Shown piece by piece: positions 12,587-25,121 of a stretch of 64,000 bases of DNA. Made by a program: the position numbers and the translations under genes. Below the pieces are notes generated by a model. The model was not told the DNA's origin. It did no database searches and saw only the letters and a list, made by a program, of their open reading frames with translations. Source of the stretch: Podarcis vaucheri (taxonomy: Eukaryota); assembly GCA_965113315.1 (NCBI GenBank), contig OZ220371.1. The stretch is one strand, 5' to 3'. Every line of letters starts with the position of its first letter. Within the stretch, counting starts at the first letter, position 1.

Positions 12587-12685
12587 CTGGGTTACAGTCC
12601 ATTAATAGTGGCTTGTCACTATGGGAACATCAAGATGGTCAACTTTCTCCTGAAGCAGGGAGCTAACGTCAATGCAAAGACAAAG
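12587..12685 (+). CDS. ANK2: ANK2 exon, 99 nt, ankyrin repeat ([33 protein letters not shown])
   Basis: ttgtag|CTGGGT ... ACAAAG|gtaaac. Confidence 0.96.
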
Positions 12686-14483
12686 GTAAACATTTGTTCA
12701 TAATTTCCTCTCCCCCTCCCCTTTGCTGCTTTGCAAACATGTGATGGTAATTTGCACTTCGTATTTTAACTGTTTCAGGGAAGTATGCTGAAAGCAGAAT
12801 GTGGTTCTCATTGACTGTAGCAAGTTTGGTCAAAATTGCAATGCAGTACTCAGTAAGCCAAGCTGAGAACCATTAATAATTTGTTTGTGGACTAGGGACA
12901 CATGTGCATGTATGAGAAGCAGACACAGATGATCACTCATGTGGATTTCAATTTTCAGATTATTTTGTTATAAAATGGAAGCAGAATAATGATCCAGAGA
13001 CTTGTGCTTTGATGTGATTTTTCTGAAACACATATTGGTTCAGGCATGCCTTCATCAATGATGAATACAAGTTTTAGAGTGGTCTTGTATATAAGCCATA
13101 GCTGATAAGGAATTGTGTGCAGGTCTGAGCAGGATGACTGAGCAGGTCGGCAGGAAATGAATGGCACATTCTGCCCTCCTCTGCTCCTAGCATGGAAATC
13201 TCTGGACTACCAGAGGAGGGAAGCCCCTTCCTCTGAACCCAGCAAAGAAATCTAGTGGCCTGATGCAAGAATGACAGAACTCTCTGACAACCCTCTGGAC
13301 AAGATAAGAAGTTCAGTTGACTTGCATGGCCTTTGTCCCACAATGCAGCCATGTGGGGGCAAGCAGTGAACCTTAACTGCGGTTTCTACCCCTTCCTAAT
13401 TCTTTCCTTTACTTTCCAACTGGCTTTCAGCATAAGTGCAGTTTTTTTTAAAGTTGCATTCTGCAGCTGAAAGTTTTGAAGTCCCTCTATAGGAAAAAGA
13501 ACACCTCGTTCCCATGCTTCTAAGAGATAGATACATACTTTGAAAATCTAGCAAAAGGAAGCTGCTCTTTTAACTGAGTGAATCCATACATCTGGCTGCC
13601 AGTTAGTCTGGAAAGGGGTTGGGGTTTTGTTTTGTTTTAAAATGTCCTCTGCTATATGGAAACATAAAAGATAAGATGCACCAATTTTGAATATACTTCT
13701 CTTTAAATTGCATCCAAGACATTCAGTTAAGTTTGGCACGTGATGTGTTATTAGCAAGAAGAGTTTTATAGTTTGCTGTTTTACTGTAATAACTTCTGAA
13801 AAATTCCATTTCAGTAGTTTACTGTGTGGCCTTAAGAATGGCTGGATTGGAAATGTTGTGGCATTGCCTCTGTCTCTAAATGTTCTGTCTCACCCAGTGT
13901 TATATTTAGCTGAAGTTGCTTTTAGAACACAAGCCTGCTTTAGGAAATATAGGCGGCATATAAGAAAAGCAAATGGAAAAATGAATTTCTAACCAAAAGT
14001 TAGTTTACTTTGAAGCCTGTGTTAGCTTTTTCTTCATGGATCTGCTATATTACACTCTGAAATCTCCAAGAAAAATAAATCAATTGGATGATCAACAAGG
14101 GTTTGTGTGATGTATTGCTCGTACTTCTCTTCCAGTGACTAGCCCATTGAAAAGCATGGAGGGGAAGTTGTGAACAGTTTTAAAGAATATAAAAACTTCA
14201 CAAACTTCCATGGCATCACTAGTCTTTACTTAATAACTGCTTTGTCCTATAAGCTTTGGCCCATTGATTAATTTCTCACCACCTCCCTTTTTCTAAACCT
14301 TAATATAAATCTGGTAGCTATTACTTGCCTTTAGTTATTAATGGTGAAAGAATACTTTTCTATAAAATATATTAATAATGAAAATTGCAATATCCAAACA
14401 GATATGATTGCAAGGTTGCCAGCAATTATGAGTTATACCTTCATTAAAATAATCTAGGGAATATGCAAATATATATATTGATA

Positions 14484-14572
14484 AAAAAAATTCTTTCCAG
14501 TAGCACCTTAAAGACCAACTAAGTTAGTTCTTGGTATGAGCTTTCGTGTGCATGCACACTTCTTCAGATACC
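14484..14572 (-). mobile_element. Penelope-like element pLTR fragment (89 bp) with 15-bp TSD
   Basis: GTAGCACCTTAAAGACCAACTAAG...GAGCTTTCGTGTGCATGCACACTTCTTCAGATAC, recalled as a typical squamate Penelope remnant; ATATATATATTGATA duplicated at 14469-14483 and 14573-14587. Confidence 0.8.
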
Positions 14573-14573
14573 A
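14532..14573 (-). ncRNA. Minimal type-I hammerhead ribozyme motif (Penelope-type)
   Basis: Minus strand UGGUAU-CUGAAGA-A-GUGUGC-AU-GCACAC-GAAA-GCUC-AUACCA: core boxes, stem II, palindromic AGCU stem III, stem I UGGUAU/AUACCA. Confidence 0.75.
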
Positions 14574-14650
14574 TATATATATTGATATACATATATATTG
14601 ATGTTGCTGTTTTTCCCTCCCCTAAATGTGTGAACTACCACTAACTTCAG

Positions 14651-14749
14651 AATGGGTACACTCCTCTGCATCAAGCTGCTCAGCAAGGTCACACACACAT
14701 CATCAATGTTCTTCTCCAACATGGGGCCAAACCAAATGCAATCACTGCG
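14651..14749 (+). CDS. ANK2: ANK2 exon, 99 nt, ankyrin repeat ([33 protein letters not shown])
   Basis: cttcag|AATGGG ... ACTGCG|gtaagc. Confidence 0.96.
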
Positions 14750-16180
14750 GTAAGCATGGTATTGCCACACTGTTTCCTTCATTTCATGGTGTAGTTTTCT
14801 CTTTCTGGTTCTGTGTTTTAGGCTAATGATAATAAAATTATAATCCAGCATAGGGAAAGAGTAGTGCCTAATTTGTTACCTTAGATTGTTTCCTGATTGG
14901 CTGTGACACAATAGTGTGTATCCGTTTCCTCAAAGAATAAGAGTATGGTGTAATTTCACCGATAGCCACGTTCCCCCAGTGTGTGACTAAAGGTTAGACT
15001 CAGTGAAAGTGTAATGTCAAGACAACCTGAAGACTGTATTCTATTCAAAAGAGGATGGGGCCTGATTGATAGGATCAGTTCTGAAATCTGTTCCTTCAAA
15101 GAGTTTCAGAGGAACATGAAGGGAGGCAGAGGCACCAGCTTGCAAGGGCGATGGGGGAAGGGGACGCAACGTCATGCACCTGACATCAGGATGTCAGGAG
15201 GAGCTGGGGCAGAATCAAACATAGCATCTGCACAGCTTCAATGGTTGGTGGCTCCTCCTGGTGCCACCACAAGCAGGAAGTTGCTTTGATCCTCTTTCAC
15301 CTCCGTGGCAGGAGGAGAAAGAGGAGCTGGCCGTTGGAGCTGTGCTGTGCTTGGCTCCATGCTTCACCTCTGTGCTTTTTGGACATGGGGGGGGGAGCTC
15401 CCACCCAAAAATATTTGAGGGGGCAAAAGGGGTCAGCCCCCAGGAACTGGTGCTCATATAGGAAGGTGTGCAACTTCAGAAGGTGGTTGACATTGGAAAC
15501 CATGGCTTCTCAGGTTAAGAAGGGCTACTTATCTGATCAGAAGGTGGGTGGCAGTTGAGGCCCGGCACAGCAGTCCCACAAACCCCCAGAGGGCAAATTG
15601 GCTTTCTATGTAGCCTGACTAGAACTGAGATGAAACAGTGCCCTGTTCACGCAGTCATTTCTCACATAGAATAGAAAAGCTTTCTCTTTGCGGGGAGGTT
15701 AGTGTTGCACCAAATTAAGTGTCATCCCACTACATTTTCCAGTCACCCTCCTTATCGCAAAAAACTCCAATCTTTAGGGGAAATGGGTTGATGTGCAAGA
15801 CTTGTCAGTCAACAATAATGGAACAGCCCAAATTTGTTGGTGTATGATTAAATTTTAGCTGAAAATAGCAACAGTCTAGAAGCTCCTCCAGCCAAAAATC
15901 AACATATGAGAAATCAAAATTTGGTGCTGAAACTGCACTGAGTGTGTGTGTGTGTAAGTATTCTCAGATGGCAAGTGTTTGCACAGTTTAGATTTTCCTA
16001 GGAAATATTTCACATTCTCCCTGAAAATACTACTTATCCCCTGAAAACTGAAATTGAAGGACATTTGGTACAGCCCCAAACATAACACAAATTAGTGGTG
16101 CTACTTTTGGATTAAATATATTTTGTTCACCCAAATAGAAATTGAAGCATATAATTGCTGAATATTCTATCCCCCCAGTC

Positions 16181-16290
16181 TAGGGATAGCCAATGTGGTT
16201 TCCTTCATATGCTGTTGGACTACAATTCCCACCAGGGATTAAGGGAGCTGTAGTTCAACAACATCTGAAGGGCATCCTGTTGGCAGTGGC
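16181..16290. mobile_element. Palindromic hAT-type MITE, degenerate
   Basis: TGTTGGACTACAATTCCC ... GGGAGCTGTAGTTCAACAACATCTGAAGGG; related to 48694-48829. Confidence 0.6.
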
Positions 16291-16786
16291 ATTTGTATAT
16301 TGAATTTTAAATACGGTCTCTGATTTGTTTTGCCTTGCCTAGGTTTTTTTTTCCTGTTGCACCATTTGCATGAATCATCTCATCTTTCTATTTTTCAAGT
16401 GGAGCCTCTTAAGCTATTTATTAATCAAGTTATTCTCAATTAAAAACATGTTTGGTAAAATTAATCAGGAGTTGTAGCAAAGCCAGATTTTATAAAGTGT
16501 AATATAGAAAGTTGTGGGTTAAACCATTAAAAGCAGTAGATTTTTATTAAGTGTAACAGGCAGATGTTCTGTGTGTTTTGTTACCATGGCAATTGGGGCT
16601 GTAGTCTGAGCAAAGTTGCAAAGAGAGATTCAGATTTAACAGTAAAGCACACTGATTTTCCTAAGCGAATGCCTTGTTTTGGATGGAAATGCTGGCTCAT
16701 TCAGTGCAGGGTGTGATCTCATTGGTTCATATCATAATCCTCCCTCTCCCTCTCCTTCTCCTTCTCTCCCTCTTTTCTCCTTTCAG

Positions 16787-16885
16787 AATGGCAACACTGC
16801 TTTAGCAATTGCTAAGCGTCTGGGATATATCTCAGTGGTTGATACATTAAAGGTTGTAACCGAGGAAGTGATTACCACCACAACT
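16787..16885 (+). CDS. ANK2: ANK2 exon, 99 nt, last ankyrin repeat ([33 protein letters not shown])
   Basis: Long polypyrimidine tract, tttcag|AATGGC ... ACAACT|gtgagt. Confidence 0.96.
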
Positions 16886-18599
16886 GTGAGTATCACCAGC
16901 CTTATCTTCCATTCTTTATTCAGAGGGGCATTTCTGTTCTTAGTTATTTTTGATTCTGTTTTTCCTTTCTTATTTTATCATTTTAGAAGTATAATTGAAA
17001 TGTAGCAATTATTTTTCAGTTTTTGTAGACAGTACCCATGGACTTCTAGCTGTGGAAATGTAGATTTATTTATACATACCATAAAATATATTAAGATGGT
17101 CTTGTGTAGCTTGTATGCCTTGCATCTCCAAAAGATCCAACTGGATGCCATGCCAAGTCCTCATTTTGAGTTCCATGTTCTTGGCTATTTCTTTTTTTCT
17201 GCCCTTTCTGATGCTGCAGAATGAGACTTAAACACTGTAAATGAGTGCAGGTGCCTGCTGCTCACCACTTTATTTGGTTGTTGCTAAACTTTGTGCTACT
17301 TTATCATTTTTGTCCACAAGTTACTTACGGCAGAATCCTTGAATTTAAACCCTGCTGCTATTTGGTGAAGTTCGTGAGACTAAAATATTTAAAATTGTCT
17401 TGTTTAACTGGGTTGAACATACCCCAAATTACCATGATGTAAAACTGTGAGTCATATTCATCTGCTTTAACTTTGAACAGGAAAATTCGCTCTCACGTCA
17501 GGCTTAATGGGTCTTTGTTTGAATTCAAATTAGCTATAATGCCATTAGAAGATACTTCATTTATTTAGGATATTTTTCCTGTCCTCCCTCACCCTTGACC
17601 TCAGGGCAGGTAACAATATATATCATAATAATGCACATGAGGAACAGATAGAACCAATTAAAATGCATAAACCACACAAAAAATTCAGACAGGTCCATAA
17701 AATCTCCACACGGCAGAGTTGTTTGCCGACTACAGAAGGATAACAGCATAGGCACCAGCCAAATGGCCACAGAGAGGGTCTGTTCTTGTGCTACCAGCTT
17801 TGGATGTAAGAAATCAGAAAGAGCATCTCATTCAGATCTTAAGAGGCGGGACAATTCCAGGAAAGGTCTCCTTCAGGTACTGGAATCCTGAGTCTCAGAG
17901 GGTCTACACATTGAATTGCACTTCCACCTTTGGCCTGCTTAGAACTGGCATGCCTAGCCCATGAAGTACATATGCATCCATTGCTAACTGAGTGCTGAAG
18001 GTATCCTAATTTAGTGCTGAAGTATCTACAGTTAGACTTTTTCTGCACCTTTTGTCTCTGCTTGTCTGTGGTTTGCTTATCTAAAAGAACACGAGATACT
18101 TTTCTAGTGTGTTATAGAGACCAAGCAGAAAATCAGTAAACCTGAGACTTGGCTATGTATCGTTTCCCAAAGGACCCCTAGTGTACAAATGGCACAAGAA
18201 GTGTAGTAGCTGCAAGGGAACATGCCTGTATGAGGCATGTTCAAAGCCAGGCTTTTTGCCATGAGTGCACACTGAGAGTGCATGCACCCTACTGACAACT
18301 AGAGGGCTGTTCCTTAAGCAACATTCCTTGTCCTATTCATAAAAGGACATGTCTCCTAACTTATTGACTACAGTATGCATAGTGTGCATCTATTGTTATA
18401 TATTTATTTAGAACCTTTGTAACTCATTTTTTATTTTGTACTTTGATATATTGATGCATAGTTCATATATCTTTTTTTACATTGATCCGATTTCCATTTC
18501 CAGAGTATGCGGGGACCTTACACCTTTTGTGCATTTGTGTAATGTCAACCTAGAATCTTTAGTCAGTCATATTGTTTTTGCAAGTATGCATTAGACATT

Positions 18600-18804
18600 T
18601 TCTTTATTTGCTTTTATAGCTCACATTTTTCCTCTGAGAAGCTCAAGGTGGCATACATGGTTCTCCCCCTCCTCATTTAATCCTCTACCCTCCGAGGTTG
18701 GTTAGGCTGAGAGGCAGTGACTGACCTAAGGTCACTCAGTGAGCTTCATAGTGGAGTGGGGATTTGAACCCTGGTCTCCCAGGTCCTGTTCCGACATTCT
18801 AACC
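18600..18804 (-). mobile_element. tRNA-derived squamate SINE (Squam3-like), antisense
   Basis: Plus strand GCTCAAGGTGGCATACATGGTTCTCCCCCTCCTCATTTAATCC...GGGGATTTGAACCCTGGTCTCCCAGGTCC is the reverse complement of the 3730-3904 family. Confidence 0.75.
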
Positions 18805-20264
18805 CCAATCCCATGCAAGGGACTCAAGAACTTAAACATCAGAGTAGTACATAGATTTCAGCAATTCCCATTAAACTGAGGATTGGTTCTGGAACTGGAA
18901 CAATGTCCAGATGTGTGAGTGAAAGCAATTTTGTTTTTGCAATGCAGGATTACAGTAAGTCTCAGATGTTATGTTCTGATAAAGATATAACCAAAATGGT
19001 TTGTTGGGAATTATAAATAGAGTGAGCTGTGGGTTATTAATGAGATGTAGGCAGTAGAAAGACTTGAACTGGGCATGGCAAAACCCCAAACAAACTGCAA
19101 AAGAAGAATGACTCTCTATATCTGTTCATAAGACTCAGTCATTTCATACTCACAAAAAATACATTAATGATTGCTGTGATAACTGCAGCTGCTGGTAGTA
19201 GTATTGCAGAGTTCTGTTCTGTGCCAATCACCCCTCCCTCTCTCCTTCCCTGTAAATGGCAACAACACACCTGCCAGGATGCTATGGTTGCCCTTCCACC
19301 CCACTGGGCAAGTTGCTATTGACTGTACTATTAGAGAGCCTATTTTAAGAAAATAAATATGGTAACACCCTTTAGGAGAGGCTAGTTCTGAAGTTAGGAG
19401 GGAAATCCAATGAAAAATAAATCTCAAGCCAGCAGTGGCTGTAGAAGAAATATGTGGTGGAGATAACTGGATAGGCTGCCATCTTTATGAAGCAGCTACA
19501 AACCCCTGTGATGGTAAAGTTTACATGGTGAATGTATGCCACCATGAACAAATTTGTTATCCCTACTGTTTTGAGGAGTAAAGCTTAAAAAATTCCATAC
19601 TGACCCAAAACCCCCAAATACTAATCCATCATGTGATTAGTAGGACAGTCCACACAGCTTCTGACAGTTCCAGATAATCTTCCTCTGTATTCAACCAGCA
19701 ATGTTAAGAGAACAGCTCAGATATTGTCTGAGCTTGAGTATTCATATTATTGCCCAGGCCATTTTCTATTTGAGAACAGAAGGTCCACTTCATCTTTGCT
19801 TTTACTCAGAAAACCCCAGAAAAATCAAAGATGCTACTTCCCACTATACCACATATCACTTTGCAAGTAAGCATTTTACTTTCTTTCTGCTTTTAGGCAG
19901 TATCATTCCATCAGCAGGCTTTCCTTCTTTGAATGTAGTTGCTAACTCATTTCTTTGCTGCTGAAAAGAGAGATGTTGGAAACATATGCCCTGCAGTGTG
20001 CATTTAATCTATCTCGGCAGGCTTTGATTTCCCGCTGTTGTCTGACCTTTCTAATGAAGAAGAAACTTTCTGGTTTTACAAAAGAAAAGGCATGTGACTT
20101 TTAAGCATTGTTGAGCTGTTGAGCAGAACCGTTGGGAAGAATGATGGGCTGTGCCTGCTGCCGATTGCTGCTCACCTGGCCCATAGTTCTGTAAAAAGAT
20201 ATTGTTCCCTTTAATTGTTTGGATTGCTACTGGCGTATGGTGTTTTTTTTGGGGGGGGGGTCGC

Positions 20265-20475
20265 TACTAGCCATGATGGCTCTGCTCTGCCTCTGGTGTT
20301 GGAGGGATTATGCTTCTGAATACTAGTTGCTGGAAGTCACAGAAAGGGACAGGGCTCTCGTGCTCAGATCTTGGTTGCCGGTTTCTCACAGGCATCCGGC
20401 TGGCCACTGTGAGAACTGGATGCTGGAATAGATGGGCTGTGGACCTGATCCAAAAGACTTGTCCCATGTTCTTAG
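20265..20475 (+). mobile_element. CR1 LINE 3' end fragment
   Basis: CTACTAGCCATGATGGC...GGCATCCGGCTGGCCACTGTGAGAAC...GGAATAGATGGGC...CCTGATCCA...ATGTTCTTA. Confidence 0.65.
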
Positions 20476-21400
20476 GTGGTACTTCTTGGTGGCACTTCTT
20501 GGTGATAGCATGCAGTCCCAAGGACGGGGGTATTTTTCCTCAGTCTCTTTATGAGTTTGTAGGTTTGAGTTACAGCAGTAGGGCTGTTGCCCACAAGAAC
20601 AAGATTATGTGATTTGGGGGAAGTGTTTGTTATAGTATGGAAGTGCTTCTAGGTATTCTTATTTCATCAAGTTCCTCTCAAGATGCTGGGCTCTCTGCAT
20701 TTAATACATTGAGTAGGGATAATGGTTACTGAAGCAGTTTGTGTGCCAGGGTGATCACACCCTGTAATAATGGTTTTTTAAAGCTGCTGCTTCATTAGTA
20801 TTGTTGTATAGTTTATAAGTACTTATAATTGTTGATTTGTTAAAGATTGTATATGATTTGGTAACGCCAACTTTTATTTGGCCCCGGGTATTGTAATTGT
20901 GATGTTTTGCACTGATGTTCTGTTATGTTTATTGCTGCCGTTGTTACTGTTTGTAAGCTGCTTTGAGATTCAACTGAAGCATATAAGTGCAATAAATTGA
21001 ATCACTAATGCATGCAAAGGAAAAAAAGAAGAATCACTAGTTTCTTAAATCAGTTAATATTAAAAACATTATCAGCTTGTGCTTTCACTCCTCATGTCTT
21101 CACTACAAGAGAGTAATTTGAGGCCTGTTATCCACACCTAAATGAATTTGTCCTTATATTGGATGCCATCATGATTCAACATGATTCATGTTTGGCTGTG
21201 ATGAGAACGTTGATATTTATAGAACATTTATATTTAAAGAAATACAGAAAACCAACAATATGCTCTGATTTTGAGCACATTGGACAGTGGACAGGATATT
21301 TGTATGCTAATGATTTTTTTGTTTTTGTTTTTGTTTTGTTACCTTTCAAATAAATATGCTAATTTTAAATGGATTTATTTTAATTTGATGTGTATGATTC

Positions 21401-21465
<65 letters not shown>
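21401..21465 (+). repeat. Compound (TAA)n/(TAAA)n microsatellite
   Basis: Directly visible. Confidence 0.95.
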
Positions 21466-21468
<3 letters not shown>

Positions 21469-22583
21469 GATAAATTTCCATAGAGCAGTGTGTGTATGTG
21501 TGCACACTGCTTACCTAGGGGGGATATTGCTACACTGCCCTCCTCTGGTGCTGTCTATGTCAGTTGTTGTCTAGTCTATCACTTAAGATTTCTCACAGTC
21601 ATATTAGTTTTTCACCTTTTAAATCTTGGTTTCAGTTTTAAATGATGAACTACACTTTTATGAGATTTTTATTGAAAACCTATTTATTTTTATATGTTAT
21701 ATTCAACCAAATTATGCTCAGAATAGACCCATGAAAATTTCTGGATTAAGTTATTCAATTCAACTGATTTTGATGGGTCTGCCATGGGTATGACTTGGCC
21801 AACTACAACCCTCATATGCTTCCCTCTAATACTTTCTTCTGGTAATGTCTCAACGTTCAACTCAACTTATTTTGTCTTTCCATAAGCTACTGTGGCTGGT
21901 TTTCTTAGCAAGAATTAAATATTAATCTGTATGCTTAAATCACAAAACAGAATTATTCTGAATTTTTACAAATTGTAATTTTACAAGCTTTAAGAAACAA
22001 ATACATGAATAAAATGCTAATAGAAATATACTGGTAAAACATGAGAAAGTAATAAAGTTACTATTTTAGGTGCAGGTTCATCAGACATGTTGCTCAGAGT
22101 TCGCATCTTTTTTCAATTTGAATATTTTGCATCGTTCAAAGCTTCATTTCTAAGGGTTTTTACAGCTTTAACAAGTTCCATATGCATCCTTTAACTTCTT
22201 TCTGTAGACGTTACCTAATGTGTTTTTAGAACTCATCCTGCCTCAAAAGGGTTGAATATGTTTTGCATGTATATCAATTAACAAATCTGCTAAAAGCATT
22301 TTAAAATGCAAAATCAGTTGCTAGAGGAAACTGCTGCTCATTACAGCACATGACCAAGTTTTCTGTAGCAATAAAAGGAAATGACATCTTTTGTGGAGGG
22401 GGAAAAACCATGAGAACTACAGAACATGATTCGAATGTCAGAGTGAGACTGAAATGTGATTTAACTGAAAAATACTATGATAAAGCCTGGGTGTTTTCAT
22501 TTTTTTTGATATTTAGCAGTTTTGTTCCCCCCCCCCACTATTTAACCTGTTTACTGATGTCTCTTTCTCTCTCTCTTTTCCAG

Positions 22584-22656
22584 ACTGTAACTGAGAAACA
22601 CAAGCTCAATGTACCTGAAACTATGACTGAAGTCTTGGATGTGTCTGATGAGGAAG
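22584..22656 (+). CDS. ANK2: ANK2 exon, 73 nt, start of linker ([24 protein letters not shown])
   Basis: ttccag|ACTGTA ... GAGGAAG|gtaagc; phase 0/1. Confidence 0.96.
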
Positions 22657-22867
22657 GTAAGCTGACCACAAACCACATGAGCCAGACTGGTTATAATATA
22701 TACTGAACTTTGGATTTAAGAAACCATCACATTACTTAAAGTGGCTAATTCAAAAGATTGAAAAAACCCATAAGCTAAAAAACAAATGTACAAATGCTTG
22801 TTTATTTATTAAAAAGATATGTTAGCATCAAATATAAGAGACATTAAAGATTTGTGATTAGATGAAG

Positions 22868-23030
22868 ATGGGCCATAGCTAAGTGATAATGTATGTGGTT
22901 TGATTGCAAAAGGTTCCAGGTTCAGTCCTTGGCATCTTCAGGTAGAATTAGGAAACAGTCCTGTGGAAAACATTGAGGAGTCTTGGCCAGTCCACGTGGA
23001 TCATACTGAGTTAGATGGACCAATGGTCTT
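22868..23030 (+). mobile_element. tRNA-derived SINE (Squam2-like)
   Basis: GGGCCATAGCTAAGTG head, AGGTTCCAGGTTCAGTCC B-box, 3' ATACTGAGTTAGATGGACCAATGGTCT. Confidence 0.65.
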
Positions 23031-23506
23031 ATGATCTCATTTCTTGGGAGGTCTCAGTTTAGCCCTCCCTACCATCTTGCAGCTGCTGTTTGCCCTGTTA
23101 CGATAAGCACATGTGTACCTGTATATTTTCTCCATTGGAGCAAATAGCTGGGTGAGCAGAGCACATTATTTGTATTTGGAAAACGCCAGAGGTGAAAGGG
23201 CTACTCATCAAATGACTGCTTTTAAAGAGAAATTTGAAGGTAGGAGGATCAGATCATGAATCTCCAGTGATTCATCCAGTGTTGGCCTCTAGACTGATCT
23301 ACCATGTGAAGAATTACTTTGATTTTCTCTAATCCTCCTCCTGTTGTTCAGTATATATACTGCTCTCTCACCCCCTCCATGTTTATTTTAAATAATTTTG
23401 GTTTTCTCTTGGTTGCAAGGTAATGACATTTCTTCCCAGTCTACCATATGCCATTAGTTGCTCCCTTTTGACCCTGTTCCTGAAATTTAACTTATGTGTT
23501 ATGCAG

Positions 23507-23563
23507 CTTTTAAACACTCTGACTATGATCATTTCACTGATGAGGATGCCTTTAGTGATGCAG
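23507..23563 (+). CDS. ANK2: Candidate ANK2 alternative cassette exon, 57 nt (AFKHSDYDHFTDEDAFSDA)
   Basis: atgcag|CTTTTA ... GATGCAG|gtacag; phase 1/1, open, multiple of 3. Confidence 0.7.
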
Positions 23564-23854
23564 GTACAGTGTTAAGAGTTCTTAGAGTGAGGCACAAAAC
23601 TATTTTTATTTTATTGTTTAATTGTTTACCGTCCCACCTCTTTTCTGAAACCAAGACACGTGTTTATGGAATGCCTAACTCTGATCTATGCCAGTGAATT
23701 TGTGTGTGGGTCTCTGCATGATTTCAGTTTTGCCCACCCTGGCCCCCAAAACAGAGCCTTATTTTTGTAGCTGGCTCTCTGGATGGTTAGTTCTGCCTTT
23801 TAAGAAGATTTAAGACATAGTTCATGTTCTACAAATTCAGATTTAAATAAAGCA

Positions 23855-24530
23855 CAGTGGTGCCTCGCAAGACGAAATTAATTCGTTCTGTGAATTTTTT
23901 CGTCTAGCGAATTTTTCATCTTGCGAAGCACGGTTTCCCATAGGAATGCATTGAAAATCAATTAATGCGTTCCTATGGTCAAAAAAAGTCCAAACAAAGC
24001 CAAATTTGGTACAACAAGTGCTCTTTAAAGTCACACATACTGTAAAGAGCATTTCAAAATTCAAACCCAGATTTTTTTAAAAAAAACAGCAGAGTGGCCC
24101 AATGGTCACAGAAAATCATAAAAATGCAGGAAAAAAACACAAGCTTCCAGATGCAAACCCCTTCCCAACACCAAGCCCTTGAATTCCAAACACCCCAACC
24201 CAAAATCCAAAATCCCCCCAAAAAGTTTTAAAAGCTTAACTTACCAAATGGCTGCAAAAGAAGTTTTGGAAAAGCTTCAGAAATCACCAAAGTCTTTAAA
24301 AACCTCAAAAAAGGCTACTATGTACACTGCGTTCTATGAGTTGCTCCTCGAAGTCAAGTCGCAACTGTATTAACGGTGTTAAGAAAAAGGAAACAAACTT
24401 GCAAGACATTTTTGTCTTGCGAAGCAAGCCCATAGGGAAATTCGTCTTGCGAAGCAACTCAAAAACGGAAAACCCTTTCGTCTAGCGAGTTTTCCGTCTT
24501 GCGAGGCATTCGTCTTGCGGGGCACCACTG
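23855..24530. mobile_element. Tc1/mariner (pogo/Tigger-like) non-autonomous transposon, 676 bp
   Basis: TIRs CAGTGGTGCCTCGCAAGACGAA / TTCGTCTTGCGGGGCACCACTG, TA at the right end, many subterminal CGTCTTGCGA motifs. Confidence 0.85.
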
Positions 24531-25121
24531 TATATTGGAATGATAAAATTACCTTCTGTGATCTTACTATTTAGTTGCTAGTTTTGTATGGTTGTATTGT
24601 TGTAAGTTAACTAAGTCTTGTGCCCTCCTAGGGCATTAGGATTCATTAAGAGGGAGACCACTGATAAATATTAAGAAACAATGATGGTGATTTTTCTTCA
24701 CTGTATGTCGTTCCTCAAGATGGCTTCCTCTTTAGAATAAAATGTCAAGTTCTTATTTGAAATCATGTTATGCTGTGTAGAATGCAGTTTTGATAGAATA
24801 CTAAAAGTTTCAGATTCATGTTAAGAAAGAATGCTCTACCCCAATGTATTTCAATAACCCAATATATTTGTTCAAGGCCTTGAAAATTCTTCTTAGAGGA
24901 AAGTTAAGGATTTTTTGCAGAGTTTAACTAGGTAGTCTCTGTATTGGCATATGGCCACCTACCAGGTTGTTCAAAAAAGCGATGAATATAGTGAAATATG
25001 CTGAATATGTAGCTCCTGCAGAAAGGCTTCTTTAATGTAGTGGATGCTTTACCTGCCATTACCACTGAAACAGGTTTATAAATATTCCAGCAAAATGCCC
25101 CAGTGTTTGCCTTTATTTCAG

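Noticed and set aside
15127-15459. GC-rich block with several ORFs and decayed TIR-like ends
   Set aside because: Probably an old DNA-transposon remnant; ends too degenerate to call and the ORFs lack motifs.
23587-23592. Downstream donor GTGAGG extending the 57-nt cassette to 80 nt
   Set aside because: Not frame-preserving with the next exon.
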